Notes: generated by a model from the letters alone, not told the origin. A stretch of 64,000 nucleotides of DNA from Pseudomonadota bacterium (GCA_038134595.1 JAYPVM010000008.1:32001-96000), one strand, 5' to 3'. Shown: positions 48,192-57,785, counted from the stretch's first letter. Numbers and translations are program-made.

Positions 48192-49408
48192 TCCGATAGT
48201 CTTGACCGTATAACTCGATACGGAAGCCTAGAGGGAGAAACAATATCGTACAGCGCGGAAAGCTCCCCTAGAGGTTCTTTCGTAATAAGCCTAGCGATCA
48301 ATTCAGCTCCGATAGGACAGGAGAGGACTCCACGACTTCCGTGTCCAGCTGAGATGTAAAGCCTCGGTAGGCATTGAATTGGGATGTTCTTCGGTAGATT
48401 TGAGCCCGAACGGAGTGCCGAAGCCGCTTGGAACATGAGATTAAAGTCGGGCACATCTCCGATGTAGGGAATGCGATCAATGGTTGAGGTCCTAAAACAC
48501 ACTCGGGGATCTGAGTCGGCAGGTGAGAGTGTAAGTGATGCAACTGCTTCCGAAGCTTCGGCCAGGATAGCTCTGGTATCATTGATGTCCGGCAATTCAG
48601 AATAATCGGAATGCCGATATAACGCGCCTATCAGGGTATGACCATTATGGGGCGGAGTAATATATCCTCCGTAGCATACGGCGGTCTTTAGTGAGGATAG
48701 TAACGGCGTGGTGGGAACCAGCTCGGTTTGACCCCGAATTGCCTCAAGGGGTATCCACGAGGTCGGCTTTAGCGAGCTAGTCTCATATGCTCCGCAGAGA
48801 ATGGCGATTGGAGCAGAAAAGGTTGCTCCATCACGTGTTTGTGCTTGCCAGAGGTTATTACTATATCGTAGGTCGCATACCGTAGAATCAAAGCGGATGT
48901 GAATGCGTTTCGAATCGGATAAGAAGTACTGTTGAATAAAAGCACGTGGATCGAGACACCCTGCAGTTTCTGTAAAGAAGGCCTCCGAGTTTATCGGAAT
49001 ACCGCTAATAGCATTAGCCTCTTGTGCTGACACTCGCCTTGTTTTGGCCGTTCCAAGAATTGGCTGCGAAGATTGTAGGAGCGTTGTTAATCGTTTTGTA
49101 GATGGCAATTGAAGAGCGCCACATTGGTTGAAAACCGAGTCACATAAATTGGATTTCAGGAGCAGTTGAAGAGAAAAGTTATATCCACTTGCGTAGAGCA
49201 ACTCTCTTGGAGAAGGCCTATCAGTCAGATAGGGGGTAATGAGCGCTATCGGATTTCCAGACGCCTTGGGAGCAATGGCACTACCTGCCTCGAGGATTAA
49301 GGAGGATCCCCCTCTTGTCGCTAGGGCATGTGCAACCGAGCTACCGGCTAGGCCAGACCCGAGAATTAAGACATCGTAGGTAGAGGAGTATTGTGCGCGA
49401 GTCATCAC
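48185..49408 (-). CDS. mnmC: MnmC FAD-dependent oxidoreductase domain (stand-alone)
   Basis: ILGSGLAG, ASGN, IRGQ, CYGGYITP, DRIPYIG, GHGSRGV..CP..AE. No methyltransferase domain. Confidence 0.82.
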   Translation of the reverse strand: MMTRAQYSSTYDVLILGSGLAGSSVAHALATRGGSSLILEAGSAIAPKASGNPIALITPYLTDRPSPRELLYASGYNFSLQLLLKSNLCDSVFNQCGALQLPSTKRLTTLLQSSQPILGTAKTRRVSAQEANAISGIPINSEAFFTETAGCLDPRAFIQQYFLSDSKRIHIRFDSTVCDLRYSNNLWQAQTRDGATFSAPIAILCGAYETSSLKPTSWIPLEAIRGQTELVPTTPLLSSLKTAVCYGGYITPPHNGHTLIGALYRHSDYSELPDINDTRAILAEASEAVASLTLSPADSDPRVCFRTSTIDRIPYIGDVPDFNLMFQAASALRSGSNLPKNIPIQCLPRLYISAGHGSRGVLSCPIGAELIARLITKEPLGELSALYDIVSPSRLPYRVIRSRLSDH

Positions 49409-49582
49409 GTGTACGCTACCATGATGTCAGAGCGGGGGATAGTCAGGGGAGTAGATCATACTCGGTGTCAAGCAGATGGCTTTAGCATAGTGGCTCTGGG
49501 GTTTGTCCGTTGCGCATTGTGGTAACGCTTAGTACGGTAGAGAAGCATTGGTGTAGAGCAGATGTAACAATGGAGAAAATCA

Positions 49583-50434
49583 GTGGTATCAGAGTTGTGG
49601 ATAGCAATCATCTTAGGCTTAGTCGAGGGTGTTACCGAGTACCTGCCTATCTCTAGCACGGGACATCTTATTCTATTTGGAGAAGCTCTGCAGTTTACGG
49701 GAGAGAAAGCAAAGAGCTTCGATGTTGTAATTCAGCTTGGTGCGATAGCAAGTGTCTTTGTGCTCTATCGGGAGAGATTCTCTGATATCGTATTTTCTCT
49801 AAGAGAAGACCTTCGAGATCCAATGAAGGCTTGTGAGCCGGGAATTTTTGGGCTCGCTGGAATATGCAAATTGGCGCTCGTCACAGGTCCTGCGTTACTC
49901 TTGGCCTTTATTGCACGGCACCACATAAAGCAATATCTCTTCGCGCCATTACCCGTTGCATTGGCATTGGGTGTAGGAGGATTGTTGATACTGTTTATGG
50001 AGCGACGGATAGAGCGGAAGCAGTCAGGACACGGCATTGAAGAGCTAACTTGGCAGCAGAGCCTTGGAATTGGAATTGTGCAGTGTTTGGCGCTGTGGCC
50101 TGGAATGTCACGTTCTGCCTCTGCGATTATTGGCGGGCTTTGCGTAGGACTCTCCCGCACGGCGGCCACAGAATTTTCATTTTTGGCGGCAGTTCCGATA
50201 TTAACCGCCGCCGCGGTATATGATCTTGTAGAAGTAGTGCGGGTGTTTTCATTCGAAGAGTTGCAGTTAGTAGCGATCGGATTTGTGGTCTCGTTCTTTT
50301 CCGCGCTTGTTGCAATGAAGTGGTTTGTCGCTCTTGTAGGATCGTGGAGCTTGCGACCATTTGCGTACTACAGGCTCTTTGTTGCGGCGTTTGTATTGAT
50401 GATGTTGTGGATGAAATCAACAAATGGGTTGTGA
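49583..50434 (+). CDS. uppP: Undecaprenyl-diphosphate phosphatase
   Basis: GLVEGVTEYLPISSTGHL, IQLGA, QCLALWPGMSRS, ATEFSF, FAYYR. Confidence 0.96.
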   Translation: MVSELWIAIILGLVEGVTEYLPISSTGHLILFGEALQFTGEKAKSFDVVIQLGAIASVFVLYRERFSDIVFSLREDLRDPMKACEPGIFGLAGICKLALVTGPALLLAFIARHHIKQYLFAPLPVALALGVGGLLILFMERRIERKQSGHGIEELTWQQSLGIGIVQCLALWPGMSRSASAIIGGLCVGLSRTAATEFSFLAAVPILTAAAVYDLVEVVRVFSFEELQLVAIGFVVSFFSALVAMKWFVALVGSWSLRPFAYYRLFVAAFVLMMLWMKSTNGL

Positions 50435-50609
50435 GGTATTTTGAGTGCAGAGATGCAGTTATTACCTGGTAGAGCAAAACTGGTAGTGCCTGTATCTGCG
50501 GGGGCTTCTATCCGCTGGGACTGTAAACTGAGAGGAAAAAACGAGGAATAACAGAAGTAATCTGTTTGGAAAATGTGGTGAAGTGAGAACGCTCTGTTGA
50601 AAGAACCTT

Positions 50610-50855
50610 AAAAAAAAACAGCTAGAAAAAAAAGAAAACTATTGCTTAAAAGTACCCGCCCAAACTCTCTGCCATATCTGGTAACTATACCATCAACAAA
50701 CAACTTGAGTGGGCACTTCTAAACTAAAACCTCTCGAGCAACCTGATGTAAGAAACCTTCTGTATCCTTATGACACAGAACGTTCTCCACTTCGTAAGGG
50801 ACCAATGGCGCAGACGTTTTGACCACTTACGAAGGGGAGTTGCGAACTACACCTT
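50610..50855 (-). ncRNA. Candidate structured non-coding RNA, family unassigned
   Basis: Four helices that pair better on the minus strand (many G-U pairs), an upstream sigma-70-like promoter, downstream U-tracts, and no ORF of 60 aa or more. Confidence 0.6.
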
Positions 50856-50861
50856 ACTCTT

Positions 50862-50891
50862 ATGATACCGTAAACACTCAATCGTATTCAA
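50862..50891 (-). promoter_or_regulatory. Sigma-70-type promoter for the candidate ncRNA
   Basis: Minus strand TTGAAT-N18-TATCAT. Confidence 0.55.
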
Positions 50892-51089
50892 CTCTATTGT
50901 AGAAAAACGTTTTAATTTCATGTGAAAGCTTTTGTTAATACGAAGAATAGCGATAAAAAACATAGTGTTACAGATTTTTCAATAGCTTGCTTTTGGACTG
51001 TTCAACGATTTGTTGGCGTATTTCTGGGCTCTGTCAGAGAACTGACATCCTAAAGCATTCTAACTACCTGATAGTATTATCGTATCGAT

Positions 51090-51105
51090 CGGCGCGCTTC
51101 TTGCA
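51090..51105 (+). promoter_or_regulatory. Sigma-54 (-24/-12) promoter for the flgB operon
   Basis: CGGCGCGCTTCTTGCA has GG-N10-GC spacing, 25 nt upstream of the flgB ATG and its GGAGGA SD. Confidence 0.7.
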
Positions 51106-51130
51106 CTTCTACCTCTACGGAGGACTAGAT

Positions 51131-51541
51131 ATGCGAATTCTTGACTCAATGTTTAATCACACAGTTTCTGGGCTCACCAAAGCTCTCGACCTTTCGTGGC
51201 GACGAAATAAGGTGCTTACCAGTAACATTGCTAACGCTGAGACCCCGCAGTATCGAGCTGTCGACCTGCAGTTTGGTCGCGAGCTCGAAGAGGCTTTTCA
51301 CACAAAGAACGCGCAACAGTTAGCAAGAACCCAAAGCTCTCACCTCGATCTTACGAGAAATAGTAGTGCAAAAATTATCGAGGACCTAGCGGGTGCGACT
51401 AAGGCTGACGGTAACAACGTGGATATCGACATTCAGATGGCGCAGTTAGCAAAGACTAGTGGAGAGTTTGCTACTGCAGCACAACTTATTAAACGTCAGA
51501 TCGGACTTGTTCGAACTGCCATACGGGAGAGTAGACAATAA
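51131..51541 (+). CDS. flgB: Flagellar basal-body rod protein FlgB
   Basis: SD GGAGGA, SNIANAETPQYRAVDL, DGNNVDIDIQM. Confidence 0.95.
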   Translation: MRILDSMFNHTVSGLTKALDLSWRRNKVLTSNIANAETPQYRAVDLQFGRELEEAFHTKNAQQLARTQSSHLDLTRNSSAKIIEDLAGATKADGNNVDIDIQMAQLAKTSGEFATAAQLIKRQIGLVRTAIRESRQ

Positions 51542-51984
51542 TGGCTATCTCAAAGGATCTTAAAGGAGCATTTGATGCTACTACTATCGCGGCCGCGGGA
51601 CTTTCTGCGAGTAGGTATCGTCTCGATGTAGGGGCAGCCAATTTGGCCAACATGGAAACTCCGGGTTACAAGCGTCGTGACGTGTTTCAAACTGCGGTGT
51701 CGATGCCTGCGCAGGGGAGTTTCTCATCGATTTTGGACCGCAACACACTTTCAAAGCCGATGGTATACGCCGTGCTAGAAGATGACTCCCCTGCACGGAT
51801 GGAGTATCGACCAAATCATCCGCAGGCAGACGAGAAAGGATATGTGGCTCTTCCGAATATCAACATCGTTGAGACTATGACTGACATGATGTCTGCAAGC
51901 AGACTGTATCAAGCAAATGCCACGGCTCTGCAGGAGGCTAGAAGTATGGCTGGTGAGGCCCGTAAAATTTTAACTATGATATGA
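51541..51984 (+). CDS. flgC: Flagellar basal-body rod protein FlgC
   Basis: ANLANMET, YRPNHPQADEKGYV.LPNIN, M.DMMSASRLYQAN. Confidence 0.96.
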   Translation: MAISKDLKGAFDATTIAAAGLSASRYRLDVGAANLANMETPGYKRRDVFQTAVSMPAQGSFSSILDRNTLSKPMVYAVLEDDSPARMEYRPNHPQADEKGYVALPNINIVETMTDMMSASRLYQANATALQEARSMAGEARKILTMI

Positions 51985-51998
51985 GGTAAGGAGTAGAT

Positions 51999-52319
51999 AT
52001 GTCGATTAACGGTATAGACCCCCGGTTGCCCAATATCCCCGCAATTAAACCCTCTGAGCCCCGTGTCGCTCCACAGGAGCAGGGCAAAACTACGGGCGGA
52101 GGATTTGGCGAGATGTTCGAAAATGCCCTGCAAGAGGTTAATCAACTGCAAACTACAGCAGATAAACAGATAGAAGGTCTTGTGCTTAAGAGCGAGGGAG
52201 TAACACCGCATTCAGCGATGATTGCACTTGAGAAGGCAGACGTTGCCTTTCAAATGATGTCTGCTATTCGCAGTAAGATCGTTAGGGCGTACGAAGAGAT
52301 CGTCCGAACACAAGTTTAA
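51999..52319 (+). CDS. fliE: Flagellar hook-basal body protein FliE
   Basis: F.EM..NAL.EVNQLQ, MIALEKA, IRSKIVRAYEEI; position after flgC. Confidence 0.95.
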   Translation: MSINGIDPRLPNIPAIKPSEPRVAPQEQGKTTGGGFGEMFENALQEVNQLQTTADKQIEGLVLKSEGVTPHSAMIALEKADVAFQMMSAIRSKIVRAYEEIVRTQV

Positions 52320-52347
52320 TACATACAAGTACTACTAGGGGATTATT

Positions 52348-54075
52348 GTGGCTGCATCGTTAGATCCGAAGGAAATCTTTACGCAACTTGTTGACCGTTA
52401 TGTGAAATTACCTGTCGCACAAAAAGTGGCACTACCAGTGCTTCTTATTTTTTGCGTTTGGGCGATTGTATACACATCTCAAGTGGCGACCCGACCTGAA
52501 TATTCTGTGTTGTATTCAGATCTATCGACAGCCGATGCCGGTGCTGTTGTTGGGCGCTTAAAGGAGATGAAAATCGCCTATAGGCTCGATGGTAACTCTG
52601 TATCGGTGTCACCACCATCTCAGGTTCATGAGTTGCGTCTGTCGCTTGCTTCAGAAGGCTTGCCAAAAACTGGGTCGGTAGGTTTTGAGCTTTTTGATGG
52701 TACTAACTTTGCCACTACGACGCTCGGTGAGATGGTAAAGAAACAGCGGGCCACACAGGGAGAGCTTGAGAGGACAATCATGTCACTTGACGCTGTCATG
52801 GCGGCTCGAGTGCATATCTCTCAACCCGAGAAGACGATCTTTACCAAGGACGCGCCAAAAGCAGGAGCATCAGTTTTTCTGAAGCTTCGACCAGGTACTG
52901 AATTAGATAAAAAACAGATCAAAGGAATTGCATTCTTTGTGTCCTCTGGTGTTGAAGGTTTGACCCCCGACAATGTCACCATAATAGATGAGTACGGCAA
53001 CTTACTTACCTTTAAAAATGATGAGGGAGATGCTCTCGGTGAAGAAACTACGCGGTTGCAGTACATCCGAGAGGTAGAAAGAGGATATGCCTCTCGTATT
53101 GAATCCATGTTGGCAAAGGTTCTTGGCCCAGGAAAAGTGATTGCTCGAGTTACGGCGGATCTCGATTTTTCATCGAATGAGCGTGAAGAAGAGAGCTACG
53201 ATCCGGGTGGAAAGGTAATGCGTTCAGAGCGAAGCATTGAGGAGGGAACAGCCACTACGCAACGGGGCGGTGTGCCAGGGGTAGTAAGTAATCTCACAAA
53301 CGACCCTAGAGCTACTACAGCACCAGAGAATCCGAGTGATGAGAATTCTCGAAGAGAGAGTGTAAAGAACTATGAGATCTCTCGGGCAATTACGAGAAGT
53401 AGTCAAGCTCGCGGTAAGCTTCTACGACTGTCTGCCGCCGTGCTTGTAGATGGTAAGTCCATAGAAGTAGTTCCTGCCACAGAAAGCGAAGATAATAGCG
53501 CTAAGCAATACGCCTCATTATCTCCGGAGGTCTTGGCACAGGTTGAGGGAATCGTAAAATCGGCAATTGGGTTCGATTCCACGCGAGGAGACGTAGTTAC
53601 AGTAGAAAATGTTCCGTTTTTTGAGCCGGATGCAGGGCTTCGTGAAGAACTGGCAAAAGCGCACCAGACAGATCAGTATTTGAAATACGGAGGCCTATTG
53701 GTTCCCGTAGTAGCCCTATTACTATTTATTCTTTTTGTATTACGACCATTGGTTAAATTCTTAACCACTCCAACACAACAGGAGATTGATTTAGCAAAGC
53801 TTCTGCCGAGTGATTTTGTCAGTGCGGATGAGATTGCAGAGCAGAAGCGAGCAGCTTTAGAGCATCAACAAGCAGGTGGGGATATGAAATCGGGAGAAAA
53901 CCAACCAGGTACAGCTGGGGATGGAGAGAAGAAGTCAAAAATTGAAGGTGTTGATCCCACGGCAGACTTAGAGCAGTTTGAAGAAATTATTGCGGAGAAT
54001 GTTCGTCTTGTGAATGAAAATCCACAACAAGCAGCGCTTCTCATCCGGTATTGGCTAAATGATGGAAAGATCTAA
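52348..54075 (+). CDS. fliF: Flagellar MS-ring protein FliF
   Basis: LYSDL..DAG, GFELFD, GELERTI, ARVHI, NYEISR, RLSAAVLVDG, IGFDSTRGD, second TM, C-terminal IRYWL. Confidence 0.97.
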   Translation: MAASLDPKEIFTQLVDRYVKLPVAQKVALPVLLIFCVWAIVYTSQVATRPEYSVLYSDLSTADAGAVVGRLKEMKIAYRLDGNSVSVSPPSQVHELRLSLASEGLPKTGSVGFELFDGTNFATTTLGEMVKKQRATQGELERTIMSLDAVMAARVHISQPEKTIFTKDAPKAGASVFLKLRPGTELDKKQIKGIAFFVSSGVEGLTPDNVTIIDEYGNLLTFKNDEGDALGEETTRLQYIREVERGYASRIESMLAKVLGPGKVIARVTADLDFSSNEREEESYDPGGKVMRSERSIEEGTATTQRGGVPGVVSNLTNDPRATTAPENPSDENSRRESVKNYEISRAITRSSQARGKLLRLSAAVLVDGKSIEVVPATESEDNSAKQYASLSPEVLAQVEGIVKSAIGFDSTRGDVVTVENVPFFEPDAGLREELAKAHQTDQYLKYGGLLVPVVALLLFILFVLRPLVKFLTTPTQQEIDLAKLLPSDFVSADEIAEQKRAALEHQQAGGDMKSGENQPGTAGDGEKKSKIEGVDPTADLEQFEEIIAENVRLVNENPQQAALLIRYWLNDGKI

Positions 54076-54097
54076 GCGGTAGTAGATAGAGGTTAGT

Positions 54098-55186
54098 ATG
54101 ACTACTCCACAAACACACGACGAATCGGAGCAAACTGCGCAAACAATGCATACCTATGTGCCGGCGGAATATAAGGAAGAGTCGTGGGAGGTGGTAGAAG
54201 CAGAGCCTGCTCCATCTGATGACTTTCAACCCATGGAATTCGAGACGCTCGAAGACTCGAGTTACTCAGTAGACCCGATGTTTGCTGATTTTGCTTCCCC
54301 TGAGTTTGTAGCAGATTCGTTTGGAGATTCAAAAGGGAAACCTGATGAGCGGAAGACTGACTCCTTGGATGAATTTTCATCTCATGTAGTGAAAGAAAGC
54401 CAAGAGAAAGATGATTTCCAACCAGATTTCATCGTGGATAAAGACCAAGAACAGGAATCTCCAGATCTACTAACTGAAGCTTCTTTCGTTGATCCTGATG
54501 GTACATCGGCTATAGAAGAGTCCGCTGAGATAGAGCGTGAAGGTTTCGAGCCTCAAGATGAAAACGAGCCTCAAAATGGGAGTGAATCTATTGTAGATGA
54601 GGGATTAAGTGCTGACTCCGATGAAGAGAGAGCCGTCGATAGTACTAGTCAGGAGGAATTTGAAGAGCAAGCTGTTCCAGAAGTTGATGTAGCGAATGCC
54701 TCATTTGAGGAGGGATACGCCAAAGGCATCGAGCAGGCAAAAGAGGATCGGAGCCTTATGCAGGTTATGATGCAGGAGCAGTATACGCTTTTGTGGGAAG
54801 ATATGCAGGTGCAGCTTGATGAACTGAAGCAGGAGCATGAGACGCGAGCCGTAGAACTAGCGATGCGTGTGGCAAATAAGTTAGTGGGAAGTGTTGTAAA
54901 CGACCACAAGGAGTATGTAATCGATGTCATTCGAGAGGCCCTGACTAGTGTCGGTAAGGCCACCATTAACGGTATTCGAGTAAGCCCCCAGTCATTTGAA
55001 CTTCTTGGTCTTGATGAGTACGGGGAGCAGGTAAAGATTCATGGGGATCAGAAATTAACATTTAAACCAGATGAGTCCATTCGGGCCGGGTGTATCGTTG
55101 AGACTGCGGCGGGCGAGAGTGATTTTGATCTTGATAGAGCATGGCAGCGAATGTATGCCAAGGTCACCGGGAGTTCAGAGTTATGA
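54098..55186 (+). CDS. fliH: FliH-family export ATPase regulator with long acidic N-terminal extension
   Basis: FEEGYAKG, IRVSP, DESIRAGCIVETAAGE.D; directly upstream of fliI. Confidence 0.82.
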   Translation: MTTPQTHDESEQTAQTMHTYVPAEYKEESWEVVEAEPAPSDDFQPMEFETLEDSSYSVDPMFADFASPEFVADSFGDSKGKPDERKTDSLDEFSSHVVKESQEKDDFQPDFIVDKDQEQESPDLLTEASFVDPDGTSAIEESAEIEREGFEPQDENEPQNGSESIVDEGLSADSDEERAVDSTSQEEFEEQAVPEVDVANASFEEGYAKGIEQAKEDRSLMQVMMQEQYTLLWEDMQVQLDELKQEHETRAVELAMRVANKLVGSVVNDHKEYVIDVIREALTSVGKATINGIRVSPQSFELLGLDEYGEQVKIHGDQKLTFKPDESIRAGCIVETAAGESDFDLDRAWQRMYAKVTGSSEL

Positions 55187-56511
55187 GTAGTGATGTGAGC
55201 TTTCAGGGAGGATTTGAGGCTGCTGAGCATTTAGCTGAGAAGGAGCCTGTCGGCGAGCACCGAGGTGTAGTGTCCGATGTGCGAGGAGTTCTTATCGAAG
55301 GAACTGGCCCACTATTGCCCGTTGGGGCTCACGTGAAGATAGCAACGAGTACAGATTCAGTTCCGGCACAAGTAGTTGGGTTTCGAAATGATAGAGTTTT
55401 GCTGATGCCGTTTGCTGATGTGCACGGTATCGCCCCTGGCACAACAATTACTGCCGCACAAGGCGACTCTCGGGTGCATGTTTCGCCGGCATTGCAGGGG
55501 CGGGTACTAGACGCTCTTGGTAATCCTCTTGATGGCAAGCCGCTTCCAATAATGAGTGAGACCGTGCCGCTTTACCGAGACCCTCCGAATCCGGTGACTC
55601 GAACTAGGATATCGAAATGCCTTGACCTTGGTATTCGCGCAATGAATGGGCTTCTGACTGTTGGTCAAGGGCAACGTGTTGCGATTATGGCGGGATCGGG
55701 TGTAGGAAAGTCAACGCTTCTGGGAATGATAGCAAGGACTTCTAGCGCCGATGTGAATGTTATTGCTCTCGTGGGAGAACGAGGAAGAGAAGTCCGAGAG
55801 TTTTTGGAGCGAGACCTTGGACCAGAGGGAGTTCAACGTTCTGTTGTGGTTGTCGCAACAGGGGATCAGCCAGCCTTACTCAGGATTAGAGCGGCATTTA
55901 CCGCAACTGCCATTGCTGAGTATTTTCGTGACCAAGGAAAGACAGTCAATCTTATGGTTGATTCAGTTACCCGTTTAGCAATGGCCCAGCGTGAGGTCGG
56001 ATTAGCCTCAGGGGAACCGCCAGCAACTCGGGGTTATACACCTTCGGTATTTGCGATGTTACCACGGCTACTTGAACGAGCCGGTACGAGTGCAGGAGCT
56101 GGTAGCATCACCGGACTCTACACTGTACTCGTCGAGGGTGATGATATGAATGAGCCGGTGGCAGACACCGTAAGGGGTATTCTTGATGGCCACATAGTTC
56201 TAAGTCGTAGACTTGCAGGGCGAGGCCACTATCCCGCAATTGACGTCTTGCAAAGTATCTCTCGATCGATGAGTGATATCGTTTCCAAAGAGATTATGCA
56301 TGCGGCAAGTGAGATCCGAGAGATTTTAGCATCGTATCAGGACGCCGAGGATCTCATTACTATCGGAGCGTATAAACAGGGGCAAAATCCAAGGGTTGAT
56401 AGGGCAGTAGAGCGAATCGAAGCCGTACACCAGTTTCTGCGGCAAGCCGTAGATGAACCTATTTCGATCGAAGAAACGTGGCAAGCAATGAACGCCATTC
56501 TAACGGAATAG
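55183..56511 (+). CDS. fliI: Flagellar export ATPase FliI
   Basis: Walker A AGSGVGKST, GERGRE, DSVTR, GEPPATRGY, LDGHIVL, HYPAID. ATGA overlap with fliH. Confidence 0.97.
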   Translation: MSSDVSFQGGFEAAEHLAEKEPVGEHRGVVSDVRGVLIEGTGPLLPVGAHVKIATSTDSVPAQVVGFRNDRVLLMPFADVHGIAPGTTITAAQGDSRVHVSPALQGRVLDALGNPLDGKPLPIMSETVPLYRDPPNPVTRTRISKCLDLGIRAMNGLLTVGQGQRVAIMAGSGVGKSTLLGMIARTSSADVNVIALVGERGREVREFLERDLGPEGVQRSVVVVATGDQPALLRIRAAFTATAIAEYFRDQGKTVNLMVDSVTRLAMAQREVGLASGEPPATRGYTPSVFAMLPRLLERAGTSAGAGSITGLYTVLVEGDDMNEPVADTVRGILDGHIVLSRRLAGRGHYPAIDVLQSISRSMSDIVSKEIMHAASEIREILASYQDAEDLITIGAYKQGQNPRVDRAVERIEAVHQFLRQAVDEPISIEETWQAMNAILTE

Positions 56512-56515
56512 CTCT

Positions 56516-56950
56516 ATGAAGCGATTTAAGTTTCGGCTACAGAGAGTCTTAGATGTCCGTGCCCAGATCCGTGACGAAGCGCGTCAAGAACTTGTCCGTC
56601 GAAACAATGAACGAGACCATGAACTATCTATTTTGGCGTACTTAGAGCAGGAATATCTGAACAACGCGCTAGTAGACGGTGGCACATATTCTGCTACTGA
56701 TCTGTTGGCAAAAGGCGTTTATAGCGAGCGGCTTGAAAAGGCAATAGAGCACCAGCAGGTTGTAGTCCAGGAGGCCATTGCAAAAGCGGAGGAAGCCCTT
56801 GATGCATATATCGAGGCGAGTAAGGAAGCTAAAGCGATTGAGATGCTTCGGGAGAAAAAACTCCTTGAGTTTAAGGAAGAAGTGCTAAAAAGCGAAGCGG
56901 CTGTTTTAGATGAGATAGCGCTTCAGAAGTTTGGCGGAGAGGTCAACTAG
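56516..56950 (+). CDS. fliJ: Flagellar export protein FliJ
   Basis: FKFRLQRVLDVR start, coiled coil, E..VLDE end; follows fliI. Confidence 0.92.
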   Translation: MKRFKFRLQRVLDVRAQIRDEARQELVRRNNERDHELSILAYLEQEYLNNALVDGGTYSATDLLAKGVYSERLEKAIEHQQVVVQEAIAKAEEALDAYIEASKEAKAIEMLREKKLLEFKEEVLKSEAAVLDEIALQKFGGEVN

Positions 56951-56960
56951 GAAAGTAATT

Positions 56961-57767
56961 ATGAGTGATAAGAAACTGACCAAAGAGCAAGCCCACGCAC
57001 TGTATGATTCAATGCACAGTGCGATGAAAAAAATGGTTAAAAACGGCACATTTGTTGAGGGCCAGGAGAAGCCCGGGGGTGCGATGAAAAAAACTGTTGC
57101 CGCTCAGAAGGTCACAGGAGCTGCAGCTTACGGTACTTCTACTGCTTCGAGCACGCAATCTCGCCGAGGTGCGTTTGGTGGAGGATTGAAGAAGGTGCGG
57201 GATCGTATGGGACGACGAACTCGACTCGACGGTCAAGGCGTTGCTATTATAGGTATTGCGGCGCTGGGAATGCTCAAGATAGGACTCTCTGCCGTAGTCG
57301 CCAGTGGTATAGCCCCAGTTGAGCCCGCGCAAGCCGTGGTAGTCGCTCCTCGACCCGTAGGCCCACAGTGGACTAAGCAGGAAGTGGAAGTCCTCAAAGG
57401 GCTCGATGCTCGAAGAGTAGAATTAGAGGAGCGGGGACAACGCCTTGAGAAACGGGAGCAGGAGTTTGCTCTTCAGGAACGAGAGCTTGTTGTTCGACTT
57501 ACCGAACTTAAAGATCTCACAGAGCGTTTGAAACTCGAGCGAGAAAAGAGTGATAAAAAGAAAAACACGCAACTCGATCAGTTGGCAAATGTATATGGCT
57601 CTATGAATCCGCCAGAAGCCGCACACTTGCTGGAGCAATTGGATATTCATGTAGCTCTGTCGCTCGTTGAGCGGATGCCGGAGAAGCGCATCGGCCAAAT
57701 ACTCTCGCTGATGGAAGCCTCTCGAGCCCTTGAACTTACTAATTTACTCAGTAAGAGAAAGGCATAA
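56961..57767 (+). CDS. MotE/YlxF/FlbB-like flagellar protein (TM + coiled coil + MgtE_N-like domain)
   Basis: LANVYGSMNPPEAAHLLEQL..RMPEKRIGQILSLM; usual position after fliJ. Confidence 0.82.
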   Translation: MSDKKLTKEQAHALYDSMHSAMKKMVKNGTFVEGQEKPGGAMKKTVAAQKVTGAAAYGTSTASSTQSRRGAFGGGLKKVRDRMGRRTRLDGQGVAIIGIAALGMLKIGLSAVVASGIAPVEPAQAVVVAPRPVGPQWTKQEVEVLKGLDARRVELEERGQRLEKREQEFALQERELVVRLTELKDLTERLKLEREKSDKKKNTQLDQLANVYGSMNPPEAAHLLEQLDIHVALSLVERMPEKRIGQILSLMEASRALELTNLLSKRKA

Positions 57768-57785
57768 GGGGAGTATGTAGGGCCT

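Noticed and set aside
50987..51130. N-terminal extension of FlgB given by the ORF track
   Set aside because: A strong SD and the sigma-54 box point to ATG 51131. Similar over-extensions were trimmed for the PHP, EVE, rpsI, alr, rlmM-like, fliI, blh and rpmE genes.
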